Assembly (NCBI GenBank): GCA_046757665.1
Contig: JBHHYO010000011.1
Location: 1 to 51,200 of the forward strand
Direction of reading: 5' to 3'
DNA from: Nitrospinales bacterium
GTDB taxonomy: Bacteria > Nitrospinota > Nitrospinia > Nitrospinales > JAJDAT01
Length of the DNA: 51,200 bases
The position numbers and the translations under genes were made by a program. Each line of letters starts with the position of its first letter. Position 1 is the first letter of the stretch. The notes under the pieces were generated by a model. That model did no database searches and was not told where the DNA came from. It saw only the letters and a program-made list of their open reading frames with translations. This document shows, piece by piece, positions 18,096 to 28,287 of the stretch.

Positions 18096-19334
18096 TCAGT
18101 TGATGAAGCGTTTGAAAACCAGTACGCCATTGGTGCCGCCAAAACCGAATGAGTTGGACACGGCCACATCGACGGCCTGTTCGCGGGCGTTGTTGGGCAC
18201 GTAATCCAGATCGCATTCCGGATCGGGTGTTTCGTAATTGATGGTGGGAGGAATGATGCCGCGCTGAAGGGTCAAAACGGTGAAAAGGGCCTCAATGCCC
18301 CCCGCCGCACCCAAGAGGTGACCGGTCATGGACTTGGTGGAGCTGACCGCCAGTTGATAGGCTCGTTTGCCGAAGACTTTTTTAATGGCCATGGTTTCCG
18401 TGGCGTCCGCCGCCGTGGACGTTCCGTGCGCGTTGATATAGTCGACCTGACCGGGCTCTATGTCGGCGTCCTTCAAAGCCAGCTTCATGCACCGCGCCCC
18501 GCCTTCGCCCTCCGGCGAGGTTGCGGTGATGTGATAGGCATCGCTGTTGAGCGCATAACCGGCGATTTCGGCATAAATTGACGCGCCGCGCCGTTTCGCC
18601 GATTCCAGTTCTTCCAGGATCAGGATACCGCATCCTTCGCCCATGATAAATCCATCGCGGTCTTTATCGAAGGGACGACTGGCTTCGTGAGGTTCGCATT
18701 TCCGGGAAGACAGCGCCTTGGCGGCGTGAAACCCGCCAATCGCCAACGGGGTGATGACCGATTCGGTGCCGCCGGCAATCATGGCATCGGCCTCTCCCCT
18801 CTGTATCAACCGTGCGGCATCGCCAATGGAATGGGTTCCCGTAGCGCAAGCGGTCACCACACAGGAGTTGGGCCCCTTGGCGCCGGACATAATGGAAACC
18901 TGGCCGGAAGCCAGGTTGGCGATCAGCATCGGAATAAAAAACGGGGAGATTTTGCGAACTCCCCGTTCTTTCAAAATGCCGTGGTATTTTTCAATGGCGG
19001 GCAGGCCTCCCAGCCCGACCCCTATCAAAACGCCGGCTCTCTCGGCGTTTGCCTCGTCGATCCGTAACCCGGAATCCTGCAACGCCATGCGACTGCAAGC
19101 GACGGCATAATGGATGAAGATATCCATTTTCTTGATGTCTTTGTGCTCAATGTAATCGGAGGCTTCAAACCCTTTGACCTCGCCCGCAATTTTTATGGGA
19201 AACTCATCGACATCAAATTTTGTGATGCGCCCGACTCCGGATTTCCCACGGCACAATGCCTGCCAGTTTTCTTCGACACCAATCCCCAGAGGAGATATAA
19301 TCCCCAAACCTGTCACTACGACACGCCGCTTCAT
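18096..19334 (-). CDS. fabF: 3-oxoacyl-ACP synthase II
   Basis: RRVVVTGLG, TACATG, NAHGTST, KSMTGHLLGAAG, SNSFGFGGTN. Confidence 0.97.
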   Translation of the reverse strand: MKRRVVVTGLGIISPLGIGVEENWQALCRGKSGVGRITKFDVDEFPIKIAGEVKGFEASDYIEHKDIKKMDIFIHYAVACSRMALQDSGLRIDEANAERAGVLIGVGLGGLPAIEKYHGILKERGVRKISPFFIPMLIANLASGQVSIMSGAKGPNSCVVTACATGTHSIGDAARLIQRGEADAMIAGGTESVITPLAIGGFHAAKALSSRKCEPHEASRPFDKDRDGFIMGEGCGILILEELESAKRRGASIYAEIAGYALNSDAYHITATSPEGEGGARCMKLALKDADIEPGQVDYINAHGTSTAADATETMAIKKVFGKRAYQLAVSSTKSMTGHLLGAAGGIEALFTVLTLQRGIIPPTINYETPDPECDLDYVPNNAREQAVDVAVSNSFGFGGTNGVLVFKRFIN

Positions 19335-19356
19335 GAAATTCCCTGGATACCGCCGA

Positions 19357-19590
19357 TCAGTTGCTGTGTCCCTTTATGTAGTCGATGGCGTTTTTTACAT
19401 TGACGATTTTTTCCGCTTCTTCATCGGGGATTTCAATATCAAACTCTTCTTCCAACGCCATAACCAATTCAACGGTATCCAGGGAATCGGCGCCCAAATC
19501 ATCAATAAATGATGCGGAGTCATTGACTTGTTTTTCGTCCACACCAAGTTGATCGACAATAATTTCTTTAACTTTTTCTTCAACAGACAT
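19357..19590 (-). CDS. acpP: Acyl carrier protein
   Basis: [20 protein letters not shown]. Confidence 0.98.
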   Translation of the reverse strand: MSVEEKVKEIIVDQLGVDEKQVNDSASFIDDLGADSLDTVELVMALEEEFDIEIPDEEAEKIVNVKNAIDYIKGHSN

Positions 19591-19613
19591 AGTTTTAAAG
19601 CTCCTAAAAGGTG

Positions 19614-20354
19614 TTACATTAACATCCCGCCATTAACATGAATCACTTGTCCCGTAATATAACGAGCCCGGCTGGAAGCCAAGAACAGGACGCAATCGGC
19701 GACATCCCTTGCCGAGCCCAGTCTGGCCAGAGGAATTTGTTCGAGCAGTTTTTGTTTTACCTTGTCATCCAGTTTTTGAGTCATAGCCGTATCGATGAAG
19801 CCGGGGGCGACGGCATTCACCGTTATCCCGCGCGCGGCGGCTTCCCGGGCGGTGGTTTTGGTCAGGCCGATCAAGCCGGCCTTGGAAGCTGAGTAATTCG
19901 CCTGGCCAAAATTTCCCATGACCCCGACGATCGAGGCAATATTGACAATGGCGCCGGCTTTCTGTTTTATCATTTGCTTGACGGCCTGTTGGGTGCAGAA
20001 AAAGCAACCTTTGAGATTGGTGTCCAGCACCCGGTCCCAATCCTCTTCTTTCATCCGCAGTAACAGCCCGTCACGGGTGATGCCCGCGTTATTGACCAGG
20101 ATGTCCAGCAACTTGTGCTCTTCGGCGACGGACTCGAAGACGTTTCGCACTTCCGCCGCCTGCGTCACATCCAGACGGACGGCGGACGCGGCGCCGCCGG
20201 AGCCGCGAATAGCCTCGGCGGTTTCTTCCGCGCCCTGCAAATTGAAGTCGCCAATGACCACATGGGCGCCCCGGCCGGCCAGTTGCTCGGCGATTTCCCG
20301 GCCGATTCCCTGCGCCCCGCCCGTGACTAGGGCGAGCTTATCCTTTAATTCCAT
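19614..20354 (-). CDS. fabG: 3-oxoacyl-ACP reductase
   Basis: [30 protein letters not shown]; position in fab operon. Confidence 0.96.
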   Translation of the reverse strand: MELKDKLALVTGGAQGIGREIAEQLAGRGAHVVIGDFNLQGAEETAEAIRGSGGAASAVRLDVTQAAEVRNVFESVAEEHKLLDILVNNAGITRDGLLLRMKEEDWDRVLDTNLKGCFFCTQQAVKQMIKQKAGAIVNIASIVGVMGNFGQANYSASKAGLIGLTKTTAREAAARGITVNAVAPGFIDTAMTQKLDDKVKQKLLEQIPLARLGSARDVADCVLFLASSRARYITGQVIHVNGGMLM

Positions 20355-20373
20355 CACAACCTTTCATTGCACC

Positions 20374-21321
20374 CTAACCGCCGCTGGAACGCAACGCCGA
20401 CAAGGTTTTCTCAAGGGTTTGCCGGTCCTCGACATGGAAACAATTGATGGTCTTGTCAAAGCGCCGCATCAATCCCGATAAAACTTTTCCCGGCCCCAGC
20501 TCGATGACGGTTCGCACTCCCTGTTCCACGAGAACCTTCATGGTCTCGACCCATTGCACGGGAGAACAAACCTGCCGGCGCAGGGCGTCACGGGCTTCCT
20601 CTCCCCTGGAAATGGGTTTGGCCTCGACATTGGTAATCACCGGAAAGGCCAGGTTTTGAAAATCGGTTTTCGCAAGCTCTTGTTGAAGTTTGATTTCAGC
20701 GGGTTTCATGAGGGAACAATGAAAAGGAGCGCTGACGGGCAACAAGACGGCTTTTTTTGCGCCGGCGCTCTTTGCTTCGTTGGAAACTCTTTCAACAGCT
20801 TCCTTGTGTCCGGCGACGACGGTTTGCCCCGGACTATTCATATTGGCGGGTTGAACCAGTGATTCCTGGCTGGAAAACCGGCCACACAATTCTTGAACCT
20901 TTTCTGAAGACAGCCCGATAATGGCCGCCATGGCCCCGATGCCGACAGGGACCGCCTGTTGCATAAACTGTCCGCGTTTTCGAACCAGCCGCACGGCATC
21001 GGCAAAACCGAGGGCTCCCGCGGCGACCAGGGCGGAATATTCCCCCAGGCTATGACCGGCGGATAGTATCGAATCTATACCATGATCCCTCATGGTTTTC
21101 AAGGCTATTGTACTGTGTATGAGGATCGCCGGCTGGACATTTTCGGTCAGGCGCAGGGTTTCTTCCGGCCCGTCAAAACAAAGGCCCGCGATATTCATTC
21201 CAAGAATTTCCCCGGCCTGTTCATACAGGCTCCGAGCCTCCGGCAGAGCGGAAAAAAAGTCTTTCCCCATCCCCACGTACTGCGACCCCTGGCCGGGAAA
21301 TAAAAAGGCGATTTTCACCAT
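20374..21321 (-). CDS. fabD: Malonyl-CoA:ACP transacylase
   Basis: FPGQGSQ, GHSLGEY, VSAPFHC, ELGPGKVL; start ATG 21321 overlaps fabH stop. Confidence 0.96.
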   Translation of the reverse strand: MVKIAFLFPGQGSQYVGMGKDFFSALPEARSLYEQAGEILGMNIAGLCFDGPEETLRLTENVQPAILIHSTIALKTMRDHGIDSILSAGHSLGEYSALVAAGALGFADAVRLVRKRGQFMQQAVPVGIGAMAAIIGLSSEKVQELCGRFSSQESLVQPANMNSPGQTVVAGHKEAVERVSNEAKSAGAKKAVLLPVSAPFHCSLMKPAEIKLQQELAKTDFQNLAFPVITNVEAKPISRGEEARDALRRQVCSPVQWVETMKVLVEQGVRTVIELGPGKVLSGLMRRFDKTINCFHVEDRQTLEKTLSALRSSGG

Positions 21322-22316
21322 CGGATCAATGCCGCTCCCCAGGTTAAACCGGCTCCCAACACGGTCAGCAGAACCAAATCCCCGGGTTTTATTTTGCCGC
21401 ATTCCCGGGCCTCGTGAACGGCAATGGGAATGGAAGCCGCCGACGTATTTCCGTATTTGTCGATATTGACGAACGTTTTTTCCGCGGGCAGACGGAGTTT
21501 TTCGGCGACGGCATCGATGATCCGCTTGTTGGCCTGATGCGGGATCATCATGCCGACGTCGTCGAGGGAAAATCCATTGCAACGCAATGCTTCCACGGCA
21601 ACCTCGGCCATGCGCTTGACGGCGATTTTAAAAGTGGAGCCGCCTTTCATTTTGACGACATACTGGTTGCGGTCGATGGCGTCGTGGCAGATGCGATGCC
21701 GGCCGATTCCTCCCGGCACCTGGACCAGATCCGCCATGGCGCCGTCGGAATAAATATGCGTGGACAGCAGGCCGCTTTTCCCGGCGTTTTCTCCGCGCCG
21801 CAAAACCATCGCTCCGGCGCCGTCGCCAAACAGGATACAGGTCTGGCGGTCCTTCCAGTCAATAATTCTTGAATACGCTTCACTGCCGACCAGAAGAATG
21901 GTTTTATAACGTCCGGATTTAATGAACTGCTCGGCGATGGAAAGCCCGAAAACAAATCCCGAACAAACCGCAGAGATATCATAAGCCACGGCCCGGGCCG
22001 CGCCCAGATGCTTTTGCACGAAGCAAGCCGTGGAGGGGAACAGCATATCCGGAGTGGAGGTGGCCACGATAATCATTTCCAACTCATCGACTTCGATCCG
22101 CGCCGAGGCTACCGCCGCGCGGGCGGCCCGAACCGCCATGTCCGAGGAGGCTTCCTCATCCGCGGCGATACGCCGCTCCCGAATACCCGTGCGGACACGG
22201 ATCCATTCGTCCGTGGTTTCCACCATTTGTTCCAGCTCCGCATTGGTAAGAATCCGTTCCGGAACATACATGCCGGTTCCGGCTATTTCGGCGCTGGGCG
22301 ATGTGTTTTTGCTCAT
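21315..22316 (-). CDS. fabH: 3-oxoacyl-ACP synthase III
   Basis: AVCSGF, FGDGAGA, PHQAN, GNTSAAS, GAGLTWG. Confidence 0.96.
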   Translation of the reverse strand: MSKNTSPSAEIAGTGMYVPERILTNAELEQMVETTDEWIRVRTGIRERRIAADEEASSDMAVRAARAAVASARIEVDELEMIIVATSTPDMLFPSTACFVQKHLGAARAVAYDISAVCSGFVFGLSIAEQFIKSGRYKTILLVGSEAYSRIIDWKDRQTCILFGDGAGAMVLRRGENAGKSGLLSTHIYSDGAMADLVQVPGGIGRHRICHDAIDRNQYVVKMKGGSTFKIAVKRMAEVAVEALRCNGFSLDDVGMMIPHQANKRIIDAVAEKLRLPAEKTFVNIDKYGNTSAASIPIAVHEARECGKIKPGDLVLLTVLGAGLTWGAALIRW

Positions 22317-22343
22317 CAAAACCTGAGTGTTTCTAAACCCCGT

Positions 22344-23489
22344 TCAGGGTTTTTCCTTTGGCGATTCCGGTTCGGAAGCTTTCGTCTTGTCCGGAGCGGG
22401 ATGGTTGTTCTCCTCCTCCGGCTCGCCCCCAAAGGCAATGGTTTCTTTAAAATGTTTCCAAATGATGCCCTTGCGGACCCATAAAGCCTGGTCCTCCAGG
22501 TTGGACTCGATATCCTCCCGGATATGCTCGTTGATTTTTTTGTCTATCAGTCCCTTGGCGCGGTTGATGGCATTTTTAATGGCCTTGGCCGAGGAACTGC
22601 CGTGGGCAATGATGCACACACCGTTGATGCCCAACAGGGGCGCGCCGCCGGTCTCGGAATAGTCCACCGATTTTTTAAACTCCGCCAGCTCGGATTTCAG
22701 CAGGAGGTATCCCACCCGGCTCTTCAAGGTGGCCTGAAACAGGTTTTTCAAGCCCTTGCCGATCATATCCGCGAGGCTTTCGCTGATTTTAAGAGCCACG
22801 TTGCCGGTGAAGCCGTCACACACAATCACATCGGCGTTGCCCCGATACACTTCCTTGCCTTCCACGTTGCCCATGAAGTTGAGATGGCTCTTTTTGAGCA
22901 TCTGGAAAACTTCCTTGGTGATCTCATTGCCCTTGCTGTCTTCCTCGCCGATGCTCAGCAAACCCACGGCAGGGTTTTCCTTGCCAAGAAGGGTCTGGGC
23001 GTAAACGTGCCCCATGATGGCAAACTGAAACAGCTGAAGGGACTTGCAATCGACGTTGGCCCCGGCGTCGAGAAGAATCGAGGTTCCCTTGAGCGTCGGA
23101 AGCTGAATGGCAATAGCAGGCCGGTCCACGCCTTTCAAGGGGCGCAGGATAATCGTGGAATAGGCCAGAACGGCGCCGGTGTTGCCGGCGCTGACGAAAG
23201 CCTGGGCTTCGCCGCTTTTGAGCAAATCCAGGCCGATTTTTATGGAGGATTTCTTCTTGCTCCGTACGACCTTGCCGGGAACATCCGACATCTCCACCAC
23301 TTCTTCCGCATGGCGGACTTCGATGAACTGCCTGTACTGCTCGTCGAATTTGGCCAATTCCTTGTCAATCCGGTCGCGCTGTCCGGTCAGGATGATTTGC
23401 GTGCCGTATTCCCGCGCCGCCAGAATGGCGCCTTCCACTACGGCCTGGGGAGCGTGGTCCCCGCCCATCGCATCTACAACGATTTTCAT
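22344..23489 (-). CDS. plsX: Phosphate acyltransferase PlsX
   Basis: VDAMGGDHAP, SAGNTGA, DAGANVD, VCDGFTGNV, HGSS. Confidence 0.97.
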   Translation of the reverse strand: MKIVVDAMGGDHAPQAVVEGAILAAREYGTQIILTGQRDRIDKELAKFDEQYRQFIEVRHAEEVVEMSDVPGKVVRSKKKSSIKIGLDLLKSGEAQAFVSAGNTGAVLAYSTIILRPLKGVDRPAIAIQLPTLKGTSILLDAGANVDCKSLQLFQFAIMGHVYAQTLLGKENPAVGLLSIGEEDSKGNEITKEVFQMLKKSHLNFMGNVEGKEVYRGNADVIVCDGFTGNVALKISESLADMIGKGLKNLFQATLKSRVGYLLLKSELAEFKKSVDYSETGGAPLLGINGVCIIAHGSSSAKAIKNAINRAKGLIDKKINEHIREDIESNLEDQALWVRKGIIWKHFKETIAFGGEPEEENNHPAPDKTKASEPESPKEKP

Positions 23490-23691
23490 GGATTACAAAA
23501 CCTTGTTCAGGGAAATCGATATCATCTCGTTTGGGGAACTATTAAAAAACAGGAAGGGGGGAGCAACCCCGCTAACGACAAATGCGCGAAAGGCGCGGCA
23601 TGACACACGTGAGCCGATTTTTTGTCAATCCGGCGGATTCGACCGGCTTCGAAAAGGTTGACGGAATTTGATTGGAAATATGGGAAACCCG

Positions 23692-23874
23692 TCAAACGAC
23701 ATCCACTTGCAGAACTTCCTTGTCTTTATAATACCCGCAGTGCGGACAAACGTGATGCGGCCGTTTGGTTTCGTGGCATTGCGGGCACTCGCCGTATGAA
23801 GGAACGCTCAGAGCCTGGTGCGAGCGTGTGTGCCCCTGTTTGGATTTGGATCTTTTTTTCTTGGGAACGGCCAT
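23692..23874 (-). CDS. rpmF: 50S ribosomal protein L32
   Basis: MAVPKKKRSKS, CPQC...HHVCPHCGYY. Confidence 0.97.
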   Translation of the reverse strand: MAVPKKKRSKSKQGHTRSHQALSVPSYGECPQCHETKRPHHVCPHCGYYKDKEVLQVDVV

Positions 23875-23876
23875 GG

Positions 23877-24413
23877 TTACTCCTTATCGGATTTTTCTTT
23901 TAACGATTTTAATATTTCCAGTCTGGGGTCGATACTCCGCTCCGGATGACAACCGCAGGGACCTTTGTTCAAATCCTTGCCGCATCCGGAACACAGCCCA
24001 AGACAGTTTTCCCTGCACAAACATACCATCGGCACGGCCAGCAAAATGTGGTCGTGCAGGGCATGTTTGATATTGATTCTGTTTTCAAAGTAATCCTCGG
24101 TTTCCAGGTCCGCGTCTTCCAGTTTCCGGTCCTTTTCCCATTTTTTCGAGGGATGGCCGGGAACGTATCGGGTGAAAACCTTGCAATCGACCGCATGGTT
24201 GACCGCCGCCAGGCACCGGGAACAAAGCAACGCCAAGGCCGTTTGCGCCCTGGCATTCAAATAGATATCCCGTTCTATTTTTTTCAGGGTTCCGGCAACC
24301 TCGACATCCTTGTTCAAGGAACAGTCGGGCCGATTGATTTCAAACAAATCGCGTTCGACGCGCAACTTGAAATCCAGACCGCCATCGGGAATCTCGTCAA
24401 TTTCAAAAATCAT
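23877..24413 (-). CDS. yceD: YceD/DUF177 family protein
   Basis: CSRCL, LCRENCLGLCSGCG, IDPRLEIL; directly upstream of rpmF. Confidence 0.92.
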   Translation of the reverse strand: MIFEIDEIPDGGLDFKLRVERDLFEINRPDCSLNKDVEVAGTLKKIERDIYLNARAQTALALLCSRCLAAVNHAVDCKVFTRYVPGHPSKKWEKDRKLEDADLETEDYFENRINIKHALHDHILLAVPMVCLCRENCLGLCSGCGKDLNKGPCGCHPERSIDPRLEILKSLKEKSDKE

Positions 24414-24589
24414 CGTTTTGGGTTGACGGGAGATTTAAGACAACATCCCTTCAGCAACCGGAGAAAGAGACGTTTTACCGGGCGGGGTAATGCAAGAATG
24501 TTAACTGGTATCCCCTGACCAGTCAAGGAGAAATGTTGCGATATTGTGGACTGCCGGGGGGCTCGGACACCGGGGCCAGGCGCACTTGT

Positions 24590-25468
24590 TCAGGGTCTGG
24601 GATGATGTTTTTGATGAACCTCGCGCATGTGGTTGTTGAGGACGTGGGTGTAAATCTGCGTGGTGGAAATGTCGGCATGGCCCAGCATCTGCTGAACCGA
24701 CCGCAAGTCCGCTCCGCGTTCGAGCAGGTGGGTGGCAAAGGCGTGCCGGATGGTATGGGGCGAAACGGGAATTTTTATTCCGGCGCGGCGCGCATAACCT
24801 TTGATGATCTGCCAAAAACACTGACGAGTCATTTTGCTCCGGCGACGGGAGATAAAAAGCTCGGCGACGGCGCGGCCTTTCAGTAAATCCGCCCGGCCCC
24901 GTTGCAGGTAGCCCTCCACCGCCGCGCGGGCGGCGTCTCCCATGGGCACCAACCGCTCCTTCGACCCCTTGCCCAGGGAACGGACATAGCCCACCTGCAA
25001 ATTCACGTCGGTGGTTTTCAGGGAAACCAGCTCCGAAACACGAAGCCCCGTGGCGTACAACACCTCCAGCATGGCCCGGTCGCGAAGCCCTATCGGCGTC
25101 CGGGTGTCGGGACACGCCAAAAGCGAATCCACCTCCCGCGAGGAAATAACGCCCGGCAACTTTTTCCAGAGCTTCGGCGATTCCAGGATTTCGACGACGT
25201 TTTCCTCAATATGATTTTCCGTAAGCAAAAACTTGAAGAAAGACTTCACCGAGGCCAGGCACCGGGCGATGGAGCGCGACGATAGCCCTCCCCGCTTGAG
25301 CTTGAGGAGAAACGAGCGAATATCCGAGTTGGTGATGGCGCCCAGGGAAACGCCGTGAAACTCCCGGCGGAATTTCATGATGTCGCGGCGGTAGGAGGCC
25401 ACCGTGTTCGGCGAGTGCCGTTTCTCGACGGATAAAAAATCAATGTAATCGCGGATCAAACCGTCCAT
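24590..25468 (-). CDS. xerD: Site-specific tyrosine recombinase XerD
   Basis: RDRAMLEVLYATGLRVSEL, GKGSKERLVP, PHTIRHAFATHLL, LGHADISTTQIYTHV, HHPR. Confidence 0.92.
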   Translation of the reverse strand: MDGLIRDYIDFLSVEKRHSPNTVASYRRDIMKFRREFHGVSLGAITNSDIRSFLLKLKRGGLSSRSIARCLASVKSFFKFLLTENHIEENVVEILESPKLWKKLPGVISSREVDSLLACPDTRTPIGLRDRAMLEVLYATGLRVSELVSLKTTDVNLQVGYVRSLGKGSKERLVPMGDAARAAVEGYLQRGRADLLKGRAVAELFISRRRSKMTRQCFWQIIKGYARRAGIKIPVSPHTIRHAFATHLLERGADLRSVQQMLGHADISTTQIYTHVLNNHMREVHQKHHPRP

Positions 25469-25649
25469 AAATAACCTTATACATTTCAATCAGTTAGAAA
25501 GCAAGCGGAAAACGATTGAAAAACGGGGACAGCATGGGTAACTTGCGCGCAAAAAAAAACCGTCTGCCACCCGGTTTTACTGCTATACTTGCCGCTTCCG
25601 AACCGTGGGCCTTGATCCGCCGCGGTTTACCGGATAATCTGGAGGAATG

Positions 25650-26753
25650 ATGCCGTTATTTGAATTTGCGGATGAGGCCCTGAAGCCTATTGAAGCGAAG
25701 GTGCGCGCCCAGAACCGCCTGTCTTTCGAGGAGGGGGTCACCCTGTTTGAAACGCCCGACCTCCTCGGCGTCGGCTATCTGGCCAATATCGTCCGCGAAA
25801 GGCTGAACGGCGACAGGGCTTTTTTCATCCACAACCGCCACATCAATCACACCAACATCTGCATTCACAGTTGCCGGTTTTGCGCTTTCGGCACCAAGGC
25901 GGAGCGGCCCGACGCCTATGAAAAAAGCCTGGAGGAAGTGTTCGCCGACGCGGAAAACTACCACAGCGGCAAGGTCAGCGAATTTCACATCGTCGGCGGC
26001 CTGCATCCGGAATTTCCTTTTCAATACTACCTGGACATGCTGTCGGGGTTGAAGAAACGGTTCCCGGAGGTTCATATCCAGGCCTTTACCGCCGTGGAGC
26101 TGGACCACCTTGCCAAAATGGCGGGATTGCCCCTGCGCGACACCCTGTTGCAAATGCGCGAGGCCGGGTTGGGCTCCATCCCCGGCGGCGGCGCGGAAAT
26201 CTTCGCCAAGCGGGTGCGGCGGAAAATCTGCGGCGAAAAAATCTCCGGCGAGCAATGGTTGCAGATCATGGAAACCGTCCACTCCGTCGGCCTGAAAAGC
26301 AACGCCACCATGTTGTACGGCCACCTGGAAACGGTCGAGGAACGGGTGGACCATCTGATCCGCCTGCGGCAGTTGCAGGACAAAACCCGCGGGTTCCTGA
26401 CTTTTATCCCCCTCGCCTTCCACCCGGAAAACACCCGGCTGGACTCCCTGCCCTGGACCACGGGACAGCTTGATTTGCGCGCCCTGGCCGTGTCGCGCCT
26501 TCTGCTGGACAATTTTCCGCACATCAAAGCCTTCTGGATCATGATCACCCCGGAGATCGCCCAGCTTTCCATGTCATTCGGCGCCGACGACATGGACGGC
26601 ACGGTGGTTGAGGAAAAAATCATCCACGCCGCCGGCGGCGCCACCGGCCAACTCTTCCAGAAAAACAGCATCGTCGGCAAAATCCTCGAGGCCGGCAGGG
26701 AACCGGTCGAGCGCGACACGTTATACGAAAAATTTCAGGAATGTGCCGTCTGA
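25650..26753 (+). CDS. mqnE: Aminofutalosine synthase (radical SAM)
   Basis: CIHSCRFC, HIVGGLHP, PGGGAEIF, NATMLYGH, HIKAFWIM, DGTVVEEKI; GGAGG RBS. Confidence 0.9.
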   Translation: MPLFEFADEALKPIEAKVRAQNRLSFEEGVTLFETPDLLGVGYLANIVRERLNGDRAFFIHNRHINHTNICIHSCRFCAFGTKAERPDAYEKSLEEVFADAENYHSGKVSEFHIVGGLHPEFPFQYYLDMLSGLKKRFPEVHIQAFTAVELDHLAKMAGLPLRDTLLQMREAGLGSIPGGGAEIFAKRVRRKICGEKISGEQWLQIMETVHSVGLKSNATMLYGHLETVEERVDHLIRLRQLQDKTRGFLTFIPLAFHPENTRLDSLPWTTGQLDLRALAVSRLLLDNFPHIKAFWIMITPEIAQLSMSFGADDMDGTVVEEKIIHAAGGATGQLFQKNSIVGKILEAGREPVERDTLYEKFQECAV

Positions 26754-26788
26754 TTATCGCGTTTTTTTTGACTCTGTCTAAAAAAGCC

Positions 26789-26816
26789 TTGCTTTCCCCC
26801 CTAAATAATTTACAAT
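26789..26816 (+). promoter_or_regulatory. Putative sigma70 promoter of cheA-like gene
   Basis: TTGCTT-N16-TACAAT about 100 bp upstream of the ATG. Confidence 0.4.
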
Positions 26817-26920
26817 GAAAGGATATCTAAATTAGAGATGTGAAGAATTATGTGTTTTCACGGAGGCATCGTCCAGCGGCTCTGTTCTGCAGATAACCGC
26901 AACAAGGCGGTTTTCAACAA

Positions 26921-28210
26921 ATGAATAACGGGCAGAGTGAAATGGATGAGGTGATTAGCGAGTTTCTTGTTGAAAGCTTTGAAAACCTGGACCAATTGGA
27001 TCTGGACCTGGTGGAACTGGAGCAACGCCCCGCGGATGAAGACCTTCTGAGCAACATCTTCCGAACAATCCATACCATCAAGGGGACCTGCGGTTTTCTG
27101 GGCGACACCAAGCTGGAGGCCTTGACGCATATCGGCGAAAACCTGCTCAGCAAGTTGCGCGACGGCGAATTGACCCTGACCGCCGATCGCGCCAATGCGT
27201 TGCTGTCTATGGCGGACGCGCTCCGCCAGATGCTGTCCTGCATCGAATCGACACATGATGAGGGCAACATGGATTACTCCATTCTAATGGAGACCTTGAG
27301 CCGCTTGACCTGCGAAGAGGAAGTCTGCGTTCCGGCCAGGCCAAGGGCCACCTGCAAAGACGCAAAACGCGCCGAAAAAAGCATCCTGAACCGGTTCAAG
27401 GTAATGTCCAAAACAACCAATGTCAGCGTTCGCGTGGATGTGGAATTGCTCGACAAATTGATGAGCCTGGTCGGAGAACTGGTCCTGACCCGAAACCAAA
27501 TCGTGCAACATGCCAGCGAGTCCCAAAATAATGACCCGGATTATGTCGCCACCCTCCGGCAGTTGAACCTGCTGACCAGCGAATTGCAGGAAAACATGAT
27601 GAAAATACGCATGCAACCTATCGGCAATATCTGGAACAGGTTTCCACGTATTGTCCAGGGTCTGTCCATGAGTTGCGGCAAAAAAGTGCGTATTGTCATG
27701 GAGGGCGCGGAAACGGCGCTGGACAAAACCGCTATCGCGGTCATCAGGAACGCGCTAACGCACATCGTGCGCAACTCGATCGACCATGGCATCGAAGACC
27801 CCCGGACCCGCACCGCCAACGGCAAGCCGGAGGAAGGGCTGTTGTTCCTGCGCGCTTTTTACGAAGAAGGCCAGGTCATCATCGAAATCAGGGACGACGG
27901 CAGGGGAATCGACGACGCAAGGATCAAAAAACACGCCTTGGAAAGAGGCGTCATCACCCAGGAACAGGCATCCCGCATGAGCGACCGGGAATGGTTCAAC
28001 CTGATTTTTGCTCCGGGATTCTCGACAGCGGCGAAGATTACCAACGTCTCCGGCCGAGGCGTGGGCATGGATATCGTCAAAACCAATATCGAGAAAATCG
28101 GCGGCACCGTGCATGTTCAGAGCACGTTCAATGAAGGCACCTGCCTGAAACTGATGATCCCCCGCTTATTCCGGCAGGTTGCTGAAAAGGACGACAATCT
28201 CTTTCAATAG
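26921..28210 (+). CDS. cheA: CheA-like histidine kinase (Hpt + dimerization + HATPase; no P2 or CheW domain)
   Basis: IFRTIHTIKG (Hpt), VRVDVELLDKLMSLVGELV, HIVRNSIDHGIE, DDGRGID, FAPGFST, SGRGVGMD; ends ~15 aa after GTCLKLMIP. Confidence 0.85.
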   Translation: MNNGQSEMDEVISEFLVESFENLDQLDLDLVELEQRPADEDLLSNIFRTIHTIKGTCGFLGDTKLEALTHIGENLLSKLRDGELTLTADRANALLSMADALRQMLSCIESTHDEGNMDYSILMETLSRLTCEEEVCVPARPRATCKDAKRAEKSILNRFKVMSKTTNVSVRVDVELLDKLMSLVGELVLTRNQIVQHASESQNNDPDYVATLRQLNLLTSELQENMMKIRMQPIGNIWNRFPRIVQGLSMSCGKKVRIVMEGAETALDKTAIAVIRNALTHIVRNSIDHGIEDPRTRTANGKPEEGLLFLRAFYEEGQVIIEIRDDGRGIDDARIKKHALERGVITQEQASRMSDREWFNLIFAPGFSTAAKITNVSGRGVGMDIVKTNIEKIGGTVHVQSTFNEGTCLKLMIPRLFRQVAEKDDNLFQ

Positions 28211-28211
28211 C

Positions 28212-28240
28212 TGTCATGCTTCGACCGACTCAGCATGACA
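28212..28240. repeat. REP-like 29-bp palindrome (family copy A)
   Basis: TGTCATGCT-TCGACCGACTC-AGCATGACA; homologous to 35098-35126; a half-site GCATGACA follows at ~28252. Confidence 0.75.
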
Positions 28241-28287
28241 TTGCGGGTTCGGCATGACATAGGGAATCCGGCCTTTTCAACAACCTG

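Noticed and set aside
24590-25468. Phage/ICE integrase marking a mobile element
   Set aside because: Length and motifs match housekeeping XerD; flanked by core genes; no att sites or cargo
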